From: Eledone cirrhosa
Lineage: Eukaryota
Direction: 5' to 3'
Assembly: GCA_964016885.1 (NCBI GenBank)
Contig: CAXHJY010001480.1
Location: 1-39,000, forward strand
DNA: 39,000 bases
How positions within the stretch are numbered: position 1 is the stretch's first letter; each line of letters opens with the position of its first letter. This document shows, in pieces, positions 24,773 through 37,716 of the stretch. Below the pieces are notes generated by a model. It saw only the letters and a list, made by a program, of their open reading frames with translations, was not told the origin of the DNA and searched no databases. Position numbers and translations under genes: made by a program.

Positions 24773-25383
24773 CAGGACAGGTCTCATTAGTTGACTTTTT
24801 GAGATCCTTGTGATTTCGGCTCACTAACTCCAGTGCACTTAGGACAGTTACAAATGGAGTCAAGACAAGACGCTTAGTTTTTCGACTATTTACAAAGCTA
24901 ATAAAATCTGCTACAGATCAATATATTTCAACTGAAAAGAAGAGATAATAAGTTCAACATATTAACCTAGAAGAGAAAGTATGCACGGAAAGTGAAGTGA
25001 GAAAGAGAAACTTTACACCACCTGAGTTATTTGATCTCTACTTCACTGTCTCCCTGTTCGATGTATCTGTCTATTTAGGACTAATATCAATATGTCTCTT
25101 CTACCTTCTCTGTCTCACATCCCCTTCTGTACATACATTCTAGTCTAGGCTGATATGTTTGACTTTGTATCCAACTCTTATTCCATATCCAACTCTTACT
25201 GTCAGTTGCAATATATTGATTTGTAAAAATTTATATTTTATTTGTAAATAGTCGAAAGACAAATCGTCATAACTTGTCTCCATTTCATACTGTCCTAAGT
25301 GCACTGGAGCTAATGTAATCGATCTTAATGCATCGAAATACCAAGGAACTTCAGAGGTTCCTTGATGGGAAGGGACTGTCCTG
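24773..25383. mobile_element. MITE-like element with long imperfect terminal inverted repeats
   Basis: Termini caggacag/ctgtcctg. Inner inverted blocks ctccagtgcacttaggacagt/actgtcctaagtgcactggag and ttcgactatttacaaa/tttgtaaatagtcgaa. Confidence 0.6.
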
Positions 25384-25639
25384 CATTATGTCCATTTTCC
25401 CGCAGTCTTCATATTTTCTTAATACATTTTGTATGGTCTTAACCAAGCACGATTTTATTTTCATTCAAATGAACCCACACAGATACACCCCCCCCCCCCC
25501 GCCCACACACAGATACACATACACAATAACGTTATATGACACACAATGTACATGAGAATGTCGTTTTTATGTTAATGTTGAAACTGACGTATTAATTACT
25601 GAACAGACTAATAGAAAGTATGTTTGAAATATAACTTAC

Positions 25640-25717
25640 GTTTTTTCCAGTTACCACATGTTGGAATATCTGACTCAGAGATAAAGTGCTCTAGAGGAGA
25701 TAACTCTTCATTCGTGA
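25640..25717 (-). CDS. Mini-exon type B (78 nt, phase 1-1)
   Basis: Acceptor ctgtatttatttctag| and donor |gtaagttatatttc. Reads (F)TNEELSPLEHFISESDIPTCGNWKK. Confidence 0.75.
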
Positions 25718-27011
25718 CTAGAAATAAATACAGAAGAAAATAATAGTAAAGCTAGAAGGGTTTCTTGGGAAGAGTTTGTTGTCAAGTTGAAGAAGTGGTA
25801 GAAAAGTTGTCGTTTTTTTAATCAGCTAGAACCATTTCTACAGTTTGTTCTGTCAATAACATGCTGACGTATACCACAAATCTGGAACTTCCGAAAGGAG
25901 CAAAGTGTGGCTAGTCATATGTGGGGTGTCTGGGATTATGAGACAAATAATGTAGTTTCCCACTGGTCCTAAAGAACAAATAAGTATAGTGGTATAACCA
26001 AATATTTACAGTAATGGCTGATCTAATCGATAAGAGGATGAGGTGTATGAACAGTGATGGAAGACCAGAAATATTAAAAGAAGTGTACGATGAAATTTTG
26101 TTAAAGATGAGAACAGTGATCTGTGAGATAATTCCATCTACCTCAATATTTCTAGTGCAACATTCATCTTCCCTTTTGAACTAGATATAATGTCAGTCTT
26201 TCTTAGCTAACTCTGATAATGCCCTGAAAAAGTGTATGTTCGCTTTTGAACTTATTCCAAGGTCTCTGAGGATCGAGGTCAATAACATGTTTAACACGCA
26301 CACTCAGGGCTCATACAGAACCTTACACACACACACAAACCCCCCCACACACACATACACGCACACACACACACACATACACACATACACACATACACAT
26401 GCACAAAATAATACCAATGGAGAAAAACACAAACAGTTACTCGATAAAATTAAATGCAAAAGTATACCACGAATCTAAAGCTTCCGTAAAGTGTAGCTAG
26501 TCATATGTGGGATGTCTGGAATTATGAGACATATATTGTAGTTTTCACAGGTTCTAAAGAACAAATATATATAGTGGTATAACCAAATATTGAGTGTATT
26601 GCCTGATCTAGGGGATACGTGTATGAGGAGTATGAACAACGAAGGGAGACCAGAAAGAGTTAAGAAGTGTAGGATGTAGTTTTGTTAAAGATGAGAACAC
26701 TAATCTGTGAGATAATTCCATCTACCTCAATGTATCTTGTGCAACATTCATCTTCTCTTTTGAACCAGATATAATGTCATTCTTTCTTAGCTAACTCTGA
26801 TAATGGCCTGAAAAAGTATATCTTTACTTCTGTCCTCATTCCAAGGTCTCTGAGGATCGAGGTGAATAAAATGTTTATATTTGATTATGTTAGGGAGTTT
26901 ATAATATAAAGTGTGATATTCTTGACTGAATTAAGTAGTTATACATTTACTGATCAAAACCTAAATAAATAACTGAATAAGTTAATAGACAATATTTAAA
27001 TTATAACTTAC

Positions 27012-27071
27012 AATTTTTATTTCGTCTAAATATTAGTGATGTATTTCGAGGTGACAAAGGTGAGATGCCAT
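27012..27071 (-). CDS. Mini-exon type A (60 nt, phase 1-1)
   Basis: Acceptor gcttataatttctag| and donor |gtaagttataatttaaa. Reads (Y)GISPLSPRNTSLIFRRNKN. Confidence 0.75.
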
Positions 27072-27397
27072 CTAGAAATTATAAGCAAAATAATAGTACA
27101 CCTACATGTATATATACCTATAATATTACAAATACTGGAAACAGTTATTAGATTCATTATTTCTGATATACTGATATATACACCAGGTCCGAACACAGAA
27201 ATACCGAACTCCCGCTGACCCTACCATTTATATTTATAAGATCCAGGATCCCGGTTGGTTAGCTCCGTAAATATATATTTACTATCAAATTGTGTAAGTG
27301 TGATATTCTTTTCTGAATTAATTAGTTACAAATTTACTGATATAAACATAAATAAATTACTGAATAATTAATAGATAATTTTTAAATTATAACTTAC

Positions 27398-27445
27398 AAT
27401 TAGTCATGAAATTAGAACTTCGATGAGACAAACATGAAGTGACAG
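27398..27445 (-). CDS. Mini-exon type A (48 nt; in-frame 12-nt deletion)
   Basis: Acceptor gtttatattttgtag| and donor |gtaagttataatttaaa. Reads (P)VTSCLSHRSSNFMTN. Confidence 0.75.
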
Positions 27446-28100
27446 CTACAAAATATAAACAAAATAATAGTAAACCTATATGTATATATACAAATAATAT
27501 AACAATTACATGAAACAGTTATTAGACTCATTATCTCTGATACTCTGATATATACACCAGGTCCAAATACAAAAAGTACCAAGCTCCCGCTGTCCTTGCC
27601 ATTTATATATATATATATATATATATATAGATGTGTTTATACAAATGAAAACTTTCAGGACCACTGTGTCTTAGCTCCGTAAATATACATTTACTACCAA
27701 ACTTTCTATAATCACGATGACAGTCATAACTAAAATGTATTCTTATATACACACGCATAGAGAATGTATACACAGAAACTCACACTCACACACGCACACA
27801 GAGGATCACACACAACATTACACACACGCACACACAAAAAGCCACCAATGGACAAACACACACAGCAGTTACTCGATAAAGATATACAACACAATATACA
27901 TATATCAACATACGCAAAACACCAACATGACTTGACTTTTATATATACACACTATTTTATTCATCAATTCCAGCATACACAATATATAGACTTCCATGTT
28001 TACAAATATATAATGTAATCTCGATTTTACATTAATGTTGAAACACGTGTCATAGTTTTCTGTATAGACTAATAGAAAGTGTGTTTGAAATACTACTTGC

Positions 28101-28166
28101 GTTTTTTGGAGAGGGTATTTGTCGGCATATCTGACTCAAAGATAAAGTTCTCTACAGTAGTCATAA
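28101..28166 (-). CDS. Mini-exon type B (66 nt), GC donor
   Basis: Acceptor gtatttttttttccag| and donor |gcaagtag. Reads (F)MTTVENFIFESDMPTNTLSKK. Confidence 0.65.
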
Positions 28167-28802
28167 CTGGAAAAAAAAATACGGAAGAAAATAATAGGAA
28201 TTCTAGAAGGGTTTCTTGTAAAGAGTTTATTGTCAATTTGAGGAAATGGTACAAAAGGTTTTCGTGTTTTAAATACGCTAGAACCATTTAGTTATATATA
28301 GGGTGTCTGGAATTATGAGACAAATATTGTAGTTTCGCACTTGTCCTAAAGAACAAATATATATGATGGTATAACCAAATATTTAGAGCAATGCCCGATC
28401 TAGGGCATATGTGAATGAGGAGTATGAACAACGAAGGGAGACCAGAAATAGTGAAGAAGTGACGGAGGAAATTTTGTGAAAGATGAGAACACTGATATGT
28501 GAGATAATTCCATCTACCTCAAATGTATCTAGTGCAGCATTCATCTTCTCTGTTGAACCAGATATAATGTCATTCTTTCTTAGGTAACTCTGATAATGCC
28601 CTGAAAAGTTGTATCTTTACTTTTGATTACATTGTAAGATCTCAGAGGATGGAGGTGAATAACATGTTTATCCTTGATTATATTTGGGAGTTAGTAATAT
28701 AAACTGGGATATTCTTGAATGAATTAATTAGTTACAAATTTACTGATCAAAGCATAAATAAATTACTGAATAATTAAGAGATAATTTAAAATTATTACTT
28801 AC

Positions 28803-28862
28803 AATTTACAGTACGTTTGGTCTTGAAATCAGAACTTCGAGGAGAGAAATATGACGTGTCAG
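28803..28862 (-). CDS. Mini-exon type A (60 nt)
   Basis: Acceptor gtttatcttttctag| and donor |gtaagtaataattt. Reads (S)DTSYFSPRSSDFKTKRTVN. Confidence 0.8.
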
Positions 28863-29515
28863 CTAGAAAAGATAAACAAAATAATAGTAAACCTATATGT
28901 ATATATACAAATAATATTACAAATACAAGAATCAGTTATGAGACTCATTATCTCTGATATACTGATATATAAACCAGGTCCGAACACAAAAGGTACCAAG
29001 CTCCAGCTGTCCTGCCATTTATATATGTATACATATATAAGTATTTATATAAATGAAAGCTTTCAGGACCACGGCGTGTTAGCTCCGTAAATATACATTT
29101 ACTACCAACTTTTCTATAATTACTATGACATTCATAATTAAAATTTAATATGACATACACACGCATACAGAGTGTATACACAGAACCTCACACTCGTACA
29201 CGCACACACAGGATTACACACAACATTACACAAACACAGACTCAAAATGCCACCAAGGGACAAACACGCACAGCAGTTACTCGATAAAGATATACAAAAA
29301 ATATACATATACGTATACATCAACATACCCAAAACACCAACATGACTTCACTTATATATATATACACACTATTTTATTCATCAGTTCCAGCATACACAAT
29401 ATATAGACTTCCATGTTTACAAATCTATAATGTAATCTCGACTTGACATTAGTGTTGAAACACGTCATAATTTTCTGTACAGACTAATAGAAAGTGGGTT
29501 TGAGATACAACTTAC

Positions 29516-29581
29516 ATTCTTTGGAGACAGCATATGTTTCTAAGTCTGACTCATGGATAAGGTTCTCTGCAGGAGTCATAA
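29516..29581 (-). CDS. Mini-exon type B (66 nt)
   Basis: Acceptor gtatttttatccag| and donor |gtaagttgtatc. Reads (F)MTPAENLIHESDLETYAVSKE. Confidence 0.8.
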
Positions 29582-30215
29582 CTGGATAAAAATACGGAAG
29601 TAAATAGTAGGAAAGCTAGAAAGTTTTCTTGGGAATAGTTTGTTGTCAATTTGAAGAAATGGTAGAATAAGGTGTCGATTTTTAAATTAGCTAGAATCGT
29701 TTGCCCATATGTTGGGTATCTGGTATTATGAGATAACTATATTAGTTTCCCACTGGTCCTAAAGAACAAATATATATAATGGTACCACCAAATATGCAGG
29801 TCAATGGCTGATCAAGGTGATACGAGAACGGGGTGTAAGAACAACGAAGGAAGACCTGAAATAGTGAAGTAGTTTCGGAGGAAATTTTGTTAAATATGAG
29901 AACACTGATTTGTGAGATAATTCCATCTACCTCAATGTATCTAGTTCAAAATTCATCTTAGCTTTTTAACCACATATAATGCCATTCTTTCATAGCTAAC
30001 TCCGATAATGCTCCGAAAAAGTGTATCTTTACTTTTGACCTCATTCCAAGGTCTCTGAGGATCGAGGTCAATAAAATGTTTATCCTTGATTATCTTAGGG
30101 AGTTAGTAATACAAAGTGTGATATTCTTCTCTGAATTAATTAGTTATAAATATACTGATCAAAACATAAATAAATTACTGAATAATTAATAGATAATTTT
30201 AAAACTATAACTTAC

Positions 30216-30275
30216 AACTTTCAGTACGTTTAGTCTTCAATTTTGCACTTCGAGGAGACAAGTATGAAGTGTCAG
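30216..30275 (-). CDS. Mini-exon type A (60 nt)
   Basis: Acceptor ctctatattttctag| and donor |gtaagttatagttt. Reads (T)DTSYLSPRSAKLKTKRTES. Confidence 0.8.
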
Positions 30276-30769
30276 CTAGAAAATATAGAGAAAATAATAG
30301 TAAACATATATGTATATATTTAAATAATATTACAAATACAGGAAATAGTTATTAGACTCATTTTCTCTGATATACTGATATATAGACCAGACCCGTTCAC
30401 AAAAAGTACCATGCTACCGCAGTCCTTGTTTTTGCTTTTGCCCTGGTTCCACCGCGCCGCTTGTTTTGGCCGCCATCTTATACTTATACCTATAAACTCC
30501 AGGTTTAGGCATACCTATTGGCTGTATCATGCCTCTACTGGTGCGTAAATAAACCACTCATGTGTGATTTAATAGTATTCGTTTGGTATAGACGATGGCC
30601 TGTCGAAATTGTGTAGTTCCCGCTAGCACTCCCGGGGCCTACGGTAGCTACGTTTCTAGAGTACTCGGAAAAATTAATTTCCATTTCTTTCGCTAGACGA
30701 TACCACTCGCGACTGGCTGACTCATGGTGGTGGTGGGGCGGGTGAGGGTTGATGGGGGTGGCTGGGACT

Positions 30770-31010
30770 CCCAATCGAAATCTTTACTCTATATCCCATC
30801 CTAATATCTTATCGAGATACATTTTTTCATATAAGTCTCTCTCCGTAAGTTCATTAAATAAATATATCTCGCTACCTTAACCTCTAATTCTCTAATAACT
30901 TATTTTTCAATTTATCATTTTACAATTTAATATGTTTAACTTAATTTCATCCTATAACTCCCAACATACGTTTAACGTTCCAATCTTCGGTTCACACATT
31001 AGATCATACA
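30770..31010 (-). mobile_element. Possible decayed LINE AP-endonuclease N-terminus
   Basis: Minus strand reads PKIGTLNVC..L, an I.TLNV-type APE start. Heavily degenerate. Confidence 0.3.
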
Positions 31011-31670
31011 GACACCCATTATAGATTCTTTGGAGTAGCATTATTTCGCGGCATTTTCTAGCATGAATGTAGTGTGACCCTCACACTGATTTCTTTGTCG
31101 CTTTCTTTCTTCCTTCTCCCTTTTCTTTGACGGAGAGATGGTAGTGCATTATAAGCCTTCGCCCCCTCACCAGATGGTCATTAGTAGATTCAGTTGCCAC
31201 CACTTTGAAGGCGACTGGCCGAGCAGCTAGTTTGTCAGTCCTCCTCTTTGTCTCTGTCTCTGATTTTTCGGACCCATGGTTTATTACATATTTCTTTGTT
31301 ATACTCCAATACCTGATGATATCACCGGATTCATATGGAACCCGGTCATTGAAATGACCATAGTATAATAAACATTTCAAGTATTTACACCAGTCCAGCC
31401 TCCTGTTATTTTATTTTATTTATAATTAACTCCGTATTCGCACCACCAACTGCACAAACGAAGATGGATGAACTGCACTGCGTTGAGTACTCTTCACAAT
31501 ATTAAACCAGGATTGACCATACGAAATGATCAGTTGTATCCAGTGGTGAACCAACAAACCTACAGATATATAGGATCGATCGACTTTCGTCAAATCGGAC
31601 CGAGGAAACAATGTTTCCGTTGGTCTTTCCAGTTGCTAGTACTATCTATCGGTCGCAACTCCAGGCAGAA

Positions 31671-31740
31671 GGAGCAACGTGAAATAAAGTGTCTTGCTCA
31701 AGGACATAACGCATCGCCCGGTCCAGGAATCGAACTCACA
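31671..31740 (-). mobile_element. tRNA-derived SINE fragment (B box plus central domain)
   Basis: Minus strand gaGTTCGATTCCtggaccgggcgatgcgttatgtCCTTGAGCAAGACACTttatttcacgttgctcc: a pol III B box followed by a CORE-like ccttg.gcaag.cact block. Confidence 0.65.
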
Positions 31741-32235
31741 ATATTATATATATATATATTTTTTTTCCAATTTACATCGTCAAATTGTGATTTGTCCAAT
31801 ATAACACTTGTTGTTTTGTAAACTAACTTTCGGTGAATACTATATTGGTATATATATATTTTTTCTTTGACCTCGTGTCGGTGTATGTGAGTGTGTGTGT
31901 ACTCACTCACACTAACTGTGACCATCTATAGTTCTACAGATTTGATGGTATGTTGGTATATGTATATATATTTTTTTATTTTGACCTCACATCCTGTGTG
32001 TGTGAGTCTGTGTGTTCCCACTCACATTAACTGTGACCGACTGTAATTCTACAGATTTTATTGATGTCCAGCGTCTTTTACAGCTATTGGGAGATAGAGA
32101 CTTTTATGACCCTAACTGAGGACGATATCAGTCGCCGTGTTTTGACTGCTTGATCTTCATATGAGGGATTAAACACTGTGAGTGAACACCGTTAATTTTC
32201 TCCCTCATATCAAGGATTTGAAGACAATTCATTTC

Positions 32236-32303
32236 CACCTGACGAGGTGATAATCAATCATGGTAACATGATCGATCTATCTCTTATTGAAACATGTGTC
32301 GTG
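32236..32303 (+). ncRNA. Candidate hammerhead ribozyme (canonical core, long stem II)
   Basis: cac-CTGACGA-[hairpin atcaatcatg-gtaa-catgatcgat]-GAAAC-atgt-GTC-gtg, followed by ATTAAA. Confidence 0.45.
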
Positions 32304-32608
32304 ATTAAAATGATTGTAAATTTATAACATGCCTTCGGATCTTTATTTTGATATATATATGTATATTTGAAGAAATAGTAGAATAAGGTGTCATGTTTTA
32401 AATTAGCTAGAACCATTTACCCATATGTTGGGTGTCTGGTATTATGAGATAAATATTGTAGTTTCCCGCTGGTCTCAAAGAACAAATATATATAATGGTA
32501 TAACCAAATATTTAGTGCAATGGCTGAATTAACTAGTTATAAATGTACTGATCAAAACATAAATAATTTTCTGAATAATGAATAGATAATTTTAAAATTG
32601 TAACTTAC

Positions 32609-32668
32609 TATTTTCAGAACGTGGGGTCTTGAATGTTGCACTTCGAGGAAACAAATATGAAGCGGTAG
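32609..32668 (-). CDS. Mini-exon type A (60 nt)
   Basis: Acceptor gtttatgttttctag| and donor |gtaagttacaattt. Reads (P)TASYLFPRSATFKTPRSEN. Confidence 0.8.
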
Positions 32669-32819
32669 CTAGAAAACATAAACAAAATAATAGTAAAACT
32701 GTATGTATATATAGAAATATATATTACAAATACAGAAAACAGTTATTACACACATTATCCCTGATATACTGATAAATACACCACGTTCGAACACAAACAG
32801 AACCATGTTACCACCTCCT

Positions 32820-32873
<54 letters not shown>

Positions 32874-33357
32874 GTACATATATATGTATTTATATAAATG
32901 AGATCTTTCAGGATCACAGAGTCTTCGCTCCGTAAATATACATCTACTACCAAATTTTCTATAATCATGATTACAGTCGTTATAACTAAACTTTATTCTT
33001 ACATACACACGCATACAGAGTGTGAATAGAGAACATCACAGTCACACACGCACACGCTGGGCTCACTGATACAGAAAGCCACCAAACCAATGGACAAACA
33101 CACACAAACAGTTACTCGATAATGTTATATACAGCCCAAAATACATATATGTATACATCAACATACGCAAAACACCAGCATGACTTCACTTATATATATA
33201 TATACACACTATTTTATTCATCAGTTGCAGCATACACAATATATAGATTTTCATGTTTACAAATATATAATGTATTCTCGATTTGACATTAATGGTGAAA
33301 CACGTGTCAAAGTTTTCTGTACAGACTAATAGAAAGTGGGTTTGAAATACAACTTAC

Positions 33358-33423
33358 GTTCGTTGGACTCAGCATCTGTTTGTATGCCAGGTTCAGAGAC
33401 ATATTTCTCTACAGGAGAAATAA
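33358..33423 (-). CDS. Mini-exon type B (66 nt)
   Basis: Acceptor gtatttttttccag| and donor |gtaagttgtatttc. Reads (I)ISPVEKYVSEPGIQTDAESNE. Confidence 0.8.
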
Positions 33424-33519
33424 CTGGAAAAAAATACGGAAGAAAATAATAGGAATGCTAGGAGGCTTTCTTGGGAAGAGTTTGAATAATGAATAGATAT
33501 TTTTAAAATTATAACTTAC

Positions 33520-33579
33520 TATTTTCAGAACGTGGTGTCTTGACTGTTGCAATTCGAGGAAACAAATATGAAGCGTCAG
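33520..33579 (-). CDS. Mini-exon type A (60 nt)
   Basis: Acceptor gtttatgttttctag| and donor |gtaagttataattt. Reads (P)DASYLFPRIATVKTPRSEN. Confidence 0.8.
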
Positions 33580-33740
33580 CTAGAAAACATAAACAAAATA
33601 ATAGTAAAACTGTATGTATATATAGAAATATATATATATATATTACAAATACAGAAAACAGTTATTGGACTATTTATCTCTGATATACTGATAAATTCAC
33701 CAAGTTCGAACACAAAAAGAACCAAGTTAACACGTCCCTG

Positions 33741-33811
<71 letters not shown>

Positions 33812-33830
33812 TGTAACACACGAGTTATGA

Positions 33831-34350
33831 TATATTGGTAAACTGAAAAGAAAATGCTGACAAATTGTTCCCAGTGAAAAATAGTTTAATTAGGAATAAG
33901 TAAAAATTAGTCATAGTATTGGTTAGTATTCAGTTTTGGTTTTAAGTTTTACCGGTTGCGCATTTCTAATGCTTTTCAAAAATAATTTTGAGATAGAGCG
34001 CCCGTGATCTTTGCTCTAATCTGATTAGTTTTGGAAATTCTACCGGTTTTATGTGAAATAAGTGGCTCCAGATGTATTAAAATAATTTTCGCGCCAATTC
34101 GTGTTGCAAAAATTCTTGTGATCAAAACAATTTTGATTGGTCGGTAGAGGTAATGTGAATGTTAAACATTGATTTTGCGCGAAATGTAGGTTTGTGTCGG
34201 CTGATTGAGAAGTCACTGAAAAATAAGTCTTTCAAAACCAATATGTGTGTGTGTGTGTAGTAGTAGTAAAGAGGTGCGTTGTTGTGATAATGGTCAGCAG
34301 GGATGTGTGCGCGAACCGCAACCAGTTGACAGTTCAAATGCCTTTTAAGA

Positions 34351-34397
<47 letters not shown>

Positions 34398-34412
34398 GTG
34401 TGTGTGTGTGTA

Positions 34413-34445
<33 letters not shown>

Positions 34446-36538
34446 AGCAGAGTTATTCGTGGTAGAGGGATGTGTCTGTACGTACGTGGGGGATATTTTA
34501 ACATGTTAAAAGATATTTTTCAGCTCTTGTCTTATACGGAGAAGTGTGTGTGTGTGTGTGTGTGTATGTCTCTTTGTATGTTAATGTACGCGTGTGTATG
34601 TGTGTGTGTATATATGTGTATGTGTGTGTATATATGTGTGTGTGTGAGAATATGTCTGTGTGTGTGTGGGTGGACCAGTATTTTTGTGATACTGGTAAAA
34701 ATGGTGTACATTATTCGATATTTTCAGTAAAAACGATTCTCTCAATAGAACATCAAAAACTTAATAATAAAAGGTGTGAAATGATATATAGTATTGGCAT
34801 AATACCAATGTGTGTGTGAGTGTCCAGATTGTACGTACTGCAAGGGGAAACCATTAGGCCTTGCCGTATTGGGATACTTGTGTACAAATATGTATGTGCC
34901 CATCAGTGTGCAATGCATGTGTGCGTTTATGTATGTGTGTCTCGGCACGTTTATATCTATAGACATCAAAAGGTATGCAAATTTGTGTATATTTGTGTTG
35001 CACCATAGAACATGTGTGTTTACGTATGTCAATGTGTTTATATGTGGATAGAGATGTATGCTGATGTAGGTATGTATGTTGTGGGTTCGTCTTAGGGAGA
35101 AGTGTTTAGACGGGGTCCGTATTTGTTAATAAAGTGAGATTCCTTGCTGATGCGCTGTGTATGGGTGGCATTATCTTTAAATTTGTAGATGGGAAAGATT
35201 CTGAAGTTGGGATGATTTAAAACTCAGTACCCAGGACCTTAGACACCCTAAAGTAAATCAACCGAAACTAAATGCTCTTCTATACATCTCCACACACAAC
35301 CCCCTCAACAATGAGGTCTTTGACACCATCCTCCCGAACATCCATGTGTTGAAAAAGGACCATAGAATGAACCAAATCCTACAAACACACGATATCATAA
35401 AGAGTAAAAGACAATCTAAGTCAATGAAAAACATCCTAACACATGCCAAAGTACTGCCAACCACAACAGCGAAACCCACAGTAAAAGAATGCGATAGGCC
35501 CAACTGTGGCATATGCATCAACCTAATAGAGGGTTCGGAATTCTATTTCAAACAAGGACAACGTTTTATAGTAAAAAAAATTTCACATGCGCATCAGAAA
35601 ATCTAATATATGTATTAACTTGCGCAGGTTGTCGAGAACAATACGTAGGCCAGACCAAAAACAGCCTCCGTCAACGCATAACTGTCCATAGATCCCAAAT
35701 TAAAATACGGGAATACAGGAAAATACCACTGAGTGAACACATTGATACCTGTGCCGCCCAAAATCATCCCAACTTCAGAATCTTTACCCTTTACAATTTT
35801 AAAGATAATGCTACCCACACCCAGCGCATCAGCAAGGAATCTCACTTCATTAACAAATACGGACCCCGTCTAAACACTTCTCCCTAAGACGAACCCACAA
35901 CATACACACGTCAACATACATACCTACATCAGCATACATCTCTATCCACATATAAACACAATGACATACGTAAACACACATGTTCTATGGTGCAACACAA
36001 ATATACACAAATTTGCATACCTTTTGATGTCTATAGATATAAACGTGCCGAGACACACACATACATAAACGCACACATGCATTGCACACTGATGGGCACA
36101 TACATATTTGTACACAAGTATTCTAATACGGCAAGGCCTAATGGTTTCCCCTTGCAGTACGTACAATCTGGACACTCATACACACCTTGGTATTATGCCA
36201 ATACTATATATCATTTCACACTTTTATTATTAAGGTTTTTGATGTTCTATTGAGAGAATCGTTTTTACTGAAAATATCGAATAATGTACACCATTTTCAC
36301 CAGTATCACAAAAATACTGGTCCACCCACAAACACACACACATATTCTCACACACACACATATATACACACACACATACACACGCGTACATTAACATACA
36401 AGGAGATATACACACACACACACACACACTTCTCCGTATAAGACAAGAGCTGAAAAATATCTTTTAACATGTTAAAATATCCCCCACACACGTACAGACA
36501 CATTCCTACTGACCATCCCTCTACCACAAATAACTCTG

Positions 36539-36579
<41 letters not shown>

Positions 36580-36669
36580 TCTTAATAGACATTTGAACTG
36601 TCAACATGTTGCGGTTCGCACACACATCCCTGCTGACCATTATCACAACGACGCACCTCTTTACTGCTA

Positions 36670-36707
<38 letters not shown>

Positions 36708-37173
36708 ACACACACACACACCCGCGCACACGCACACACACACACACACGCACCCCCCACACACACACATTGGTTTTGAAAGACTTATTTTTCAGTGACT
36801 TCTCAATCAGCCGACACAAACCTACATTTGGCGCAAATTCAATTTTTAACATTCTCATGACCTCTACCGACCAATCAAAATTATTTTGACCACAAGAATT
36901 TTTGCAACACGAATTGGCGCGAAACTTATTTTAATACATCTGGAGCCACTTTTTTCACATAAAACAGGTAGAATTTCCAAAACTAATCAGATTAGAACAA
37001 ACATCAAGGGCGCTCTATCTCAAAATTATTTTTGAAAAGCATTAGAAATGCGCAACCGGTAAAACGTAAAACAAAAAACTGAATACTAACCAATACTATA
37101 AGTAATTTTTACTTATTCCTAATTAAACTATTTTTCACTGGGAACAATTTGTCAGCATTTTCTTTTCCGTTTA

Positions 37174-37181
<8 letters not shown>
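33831..37181. mobile_element. Penelope-like element with long inverted arms (33831-35218 and 35761-37181) around a ~540-bp spacer
   Basis: The arms are reverse complements from tatattggtaaac/gtttaccaatata inward to ctgaagttgggatgattt/aaatcatcccaacttcag. The element sits in a (TA)n tract of the host repeat unit. Confidence 0.9.
35258..35887 (+). pseudogene. Penelope-like (Neptune-like) linker plus GIY-YIG endonuclease, frameshifted in the A-run at ~35573-35580
   Basis: YISTHNP...KSKRQSKSMKNILTHAK..CDRPNCGIC, then FTCASENLIYVLTCAGCREQYVGQTKNSLRQRITVHRSQI...EH...RISKESHFINKYGPRLN. Confidence 0.9.
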
Positions 37182-37215
<34 letters not shown>

Positions 37216-37650
37216 TATATAGATATATATGTATTTATATAAATGAAACGTTTCAGGACCACGGCGTCTTAGCTCCGTAAATATACATCTACTACCAAAT
37301 TTTCTCTAATCAGGATTAAAGTCGTTATAACTAAACTGTCTTACATACACACGCATACAGAGTGTGCAAGGAGAACCTCACACTCAAACACTCAAAAAAG
37401 CCACCAAACCAACGGATAAACACACACAAACAGTTACGCGGTAATGTTATATGCAACCCAAAATACATATATATATACATTAACATACGCAAAACACCTG
37501 CATTACTTCACTTATATATACACACTATTTTATTCATCAGTTCCAGCATACACAAATATATAATGTAATCTCCATTAGACTTTAATGTTGAAACACGTGT
37601 CATAGTTTTCTGTACAGTCTAATACAGAGTGTGTTTGAAATACAACTTAC

Positions 37651-37716
37651 GTTCTTTGGAGACAGTATCTGTTTGAATATCTGGCTCAGAGACACATTTC
37701 TCTACAGGAGAAACAA
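37651..37716 (-). CDS. Mini-exon type B (66 nt)
   Basis: Acceptor gtattttttcccag| and donor |gtaagttgtatttc. Reads (I)VSPVEKCVSEPDIQTDTVSKE. Confidence 0.8.

Noticed and set aside
28010-28052. GAAACACGTGTC after a hairpin in the intron repeat as a hammerhead half
   Set aside because: No CTGANGA or TTGAAAA core upstream in any copy.
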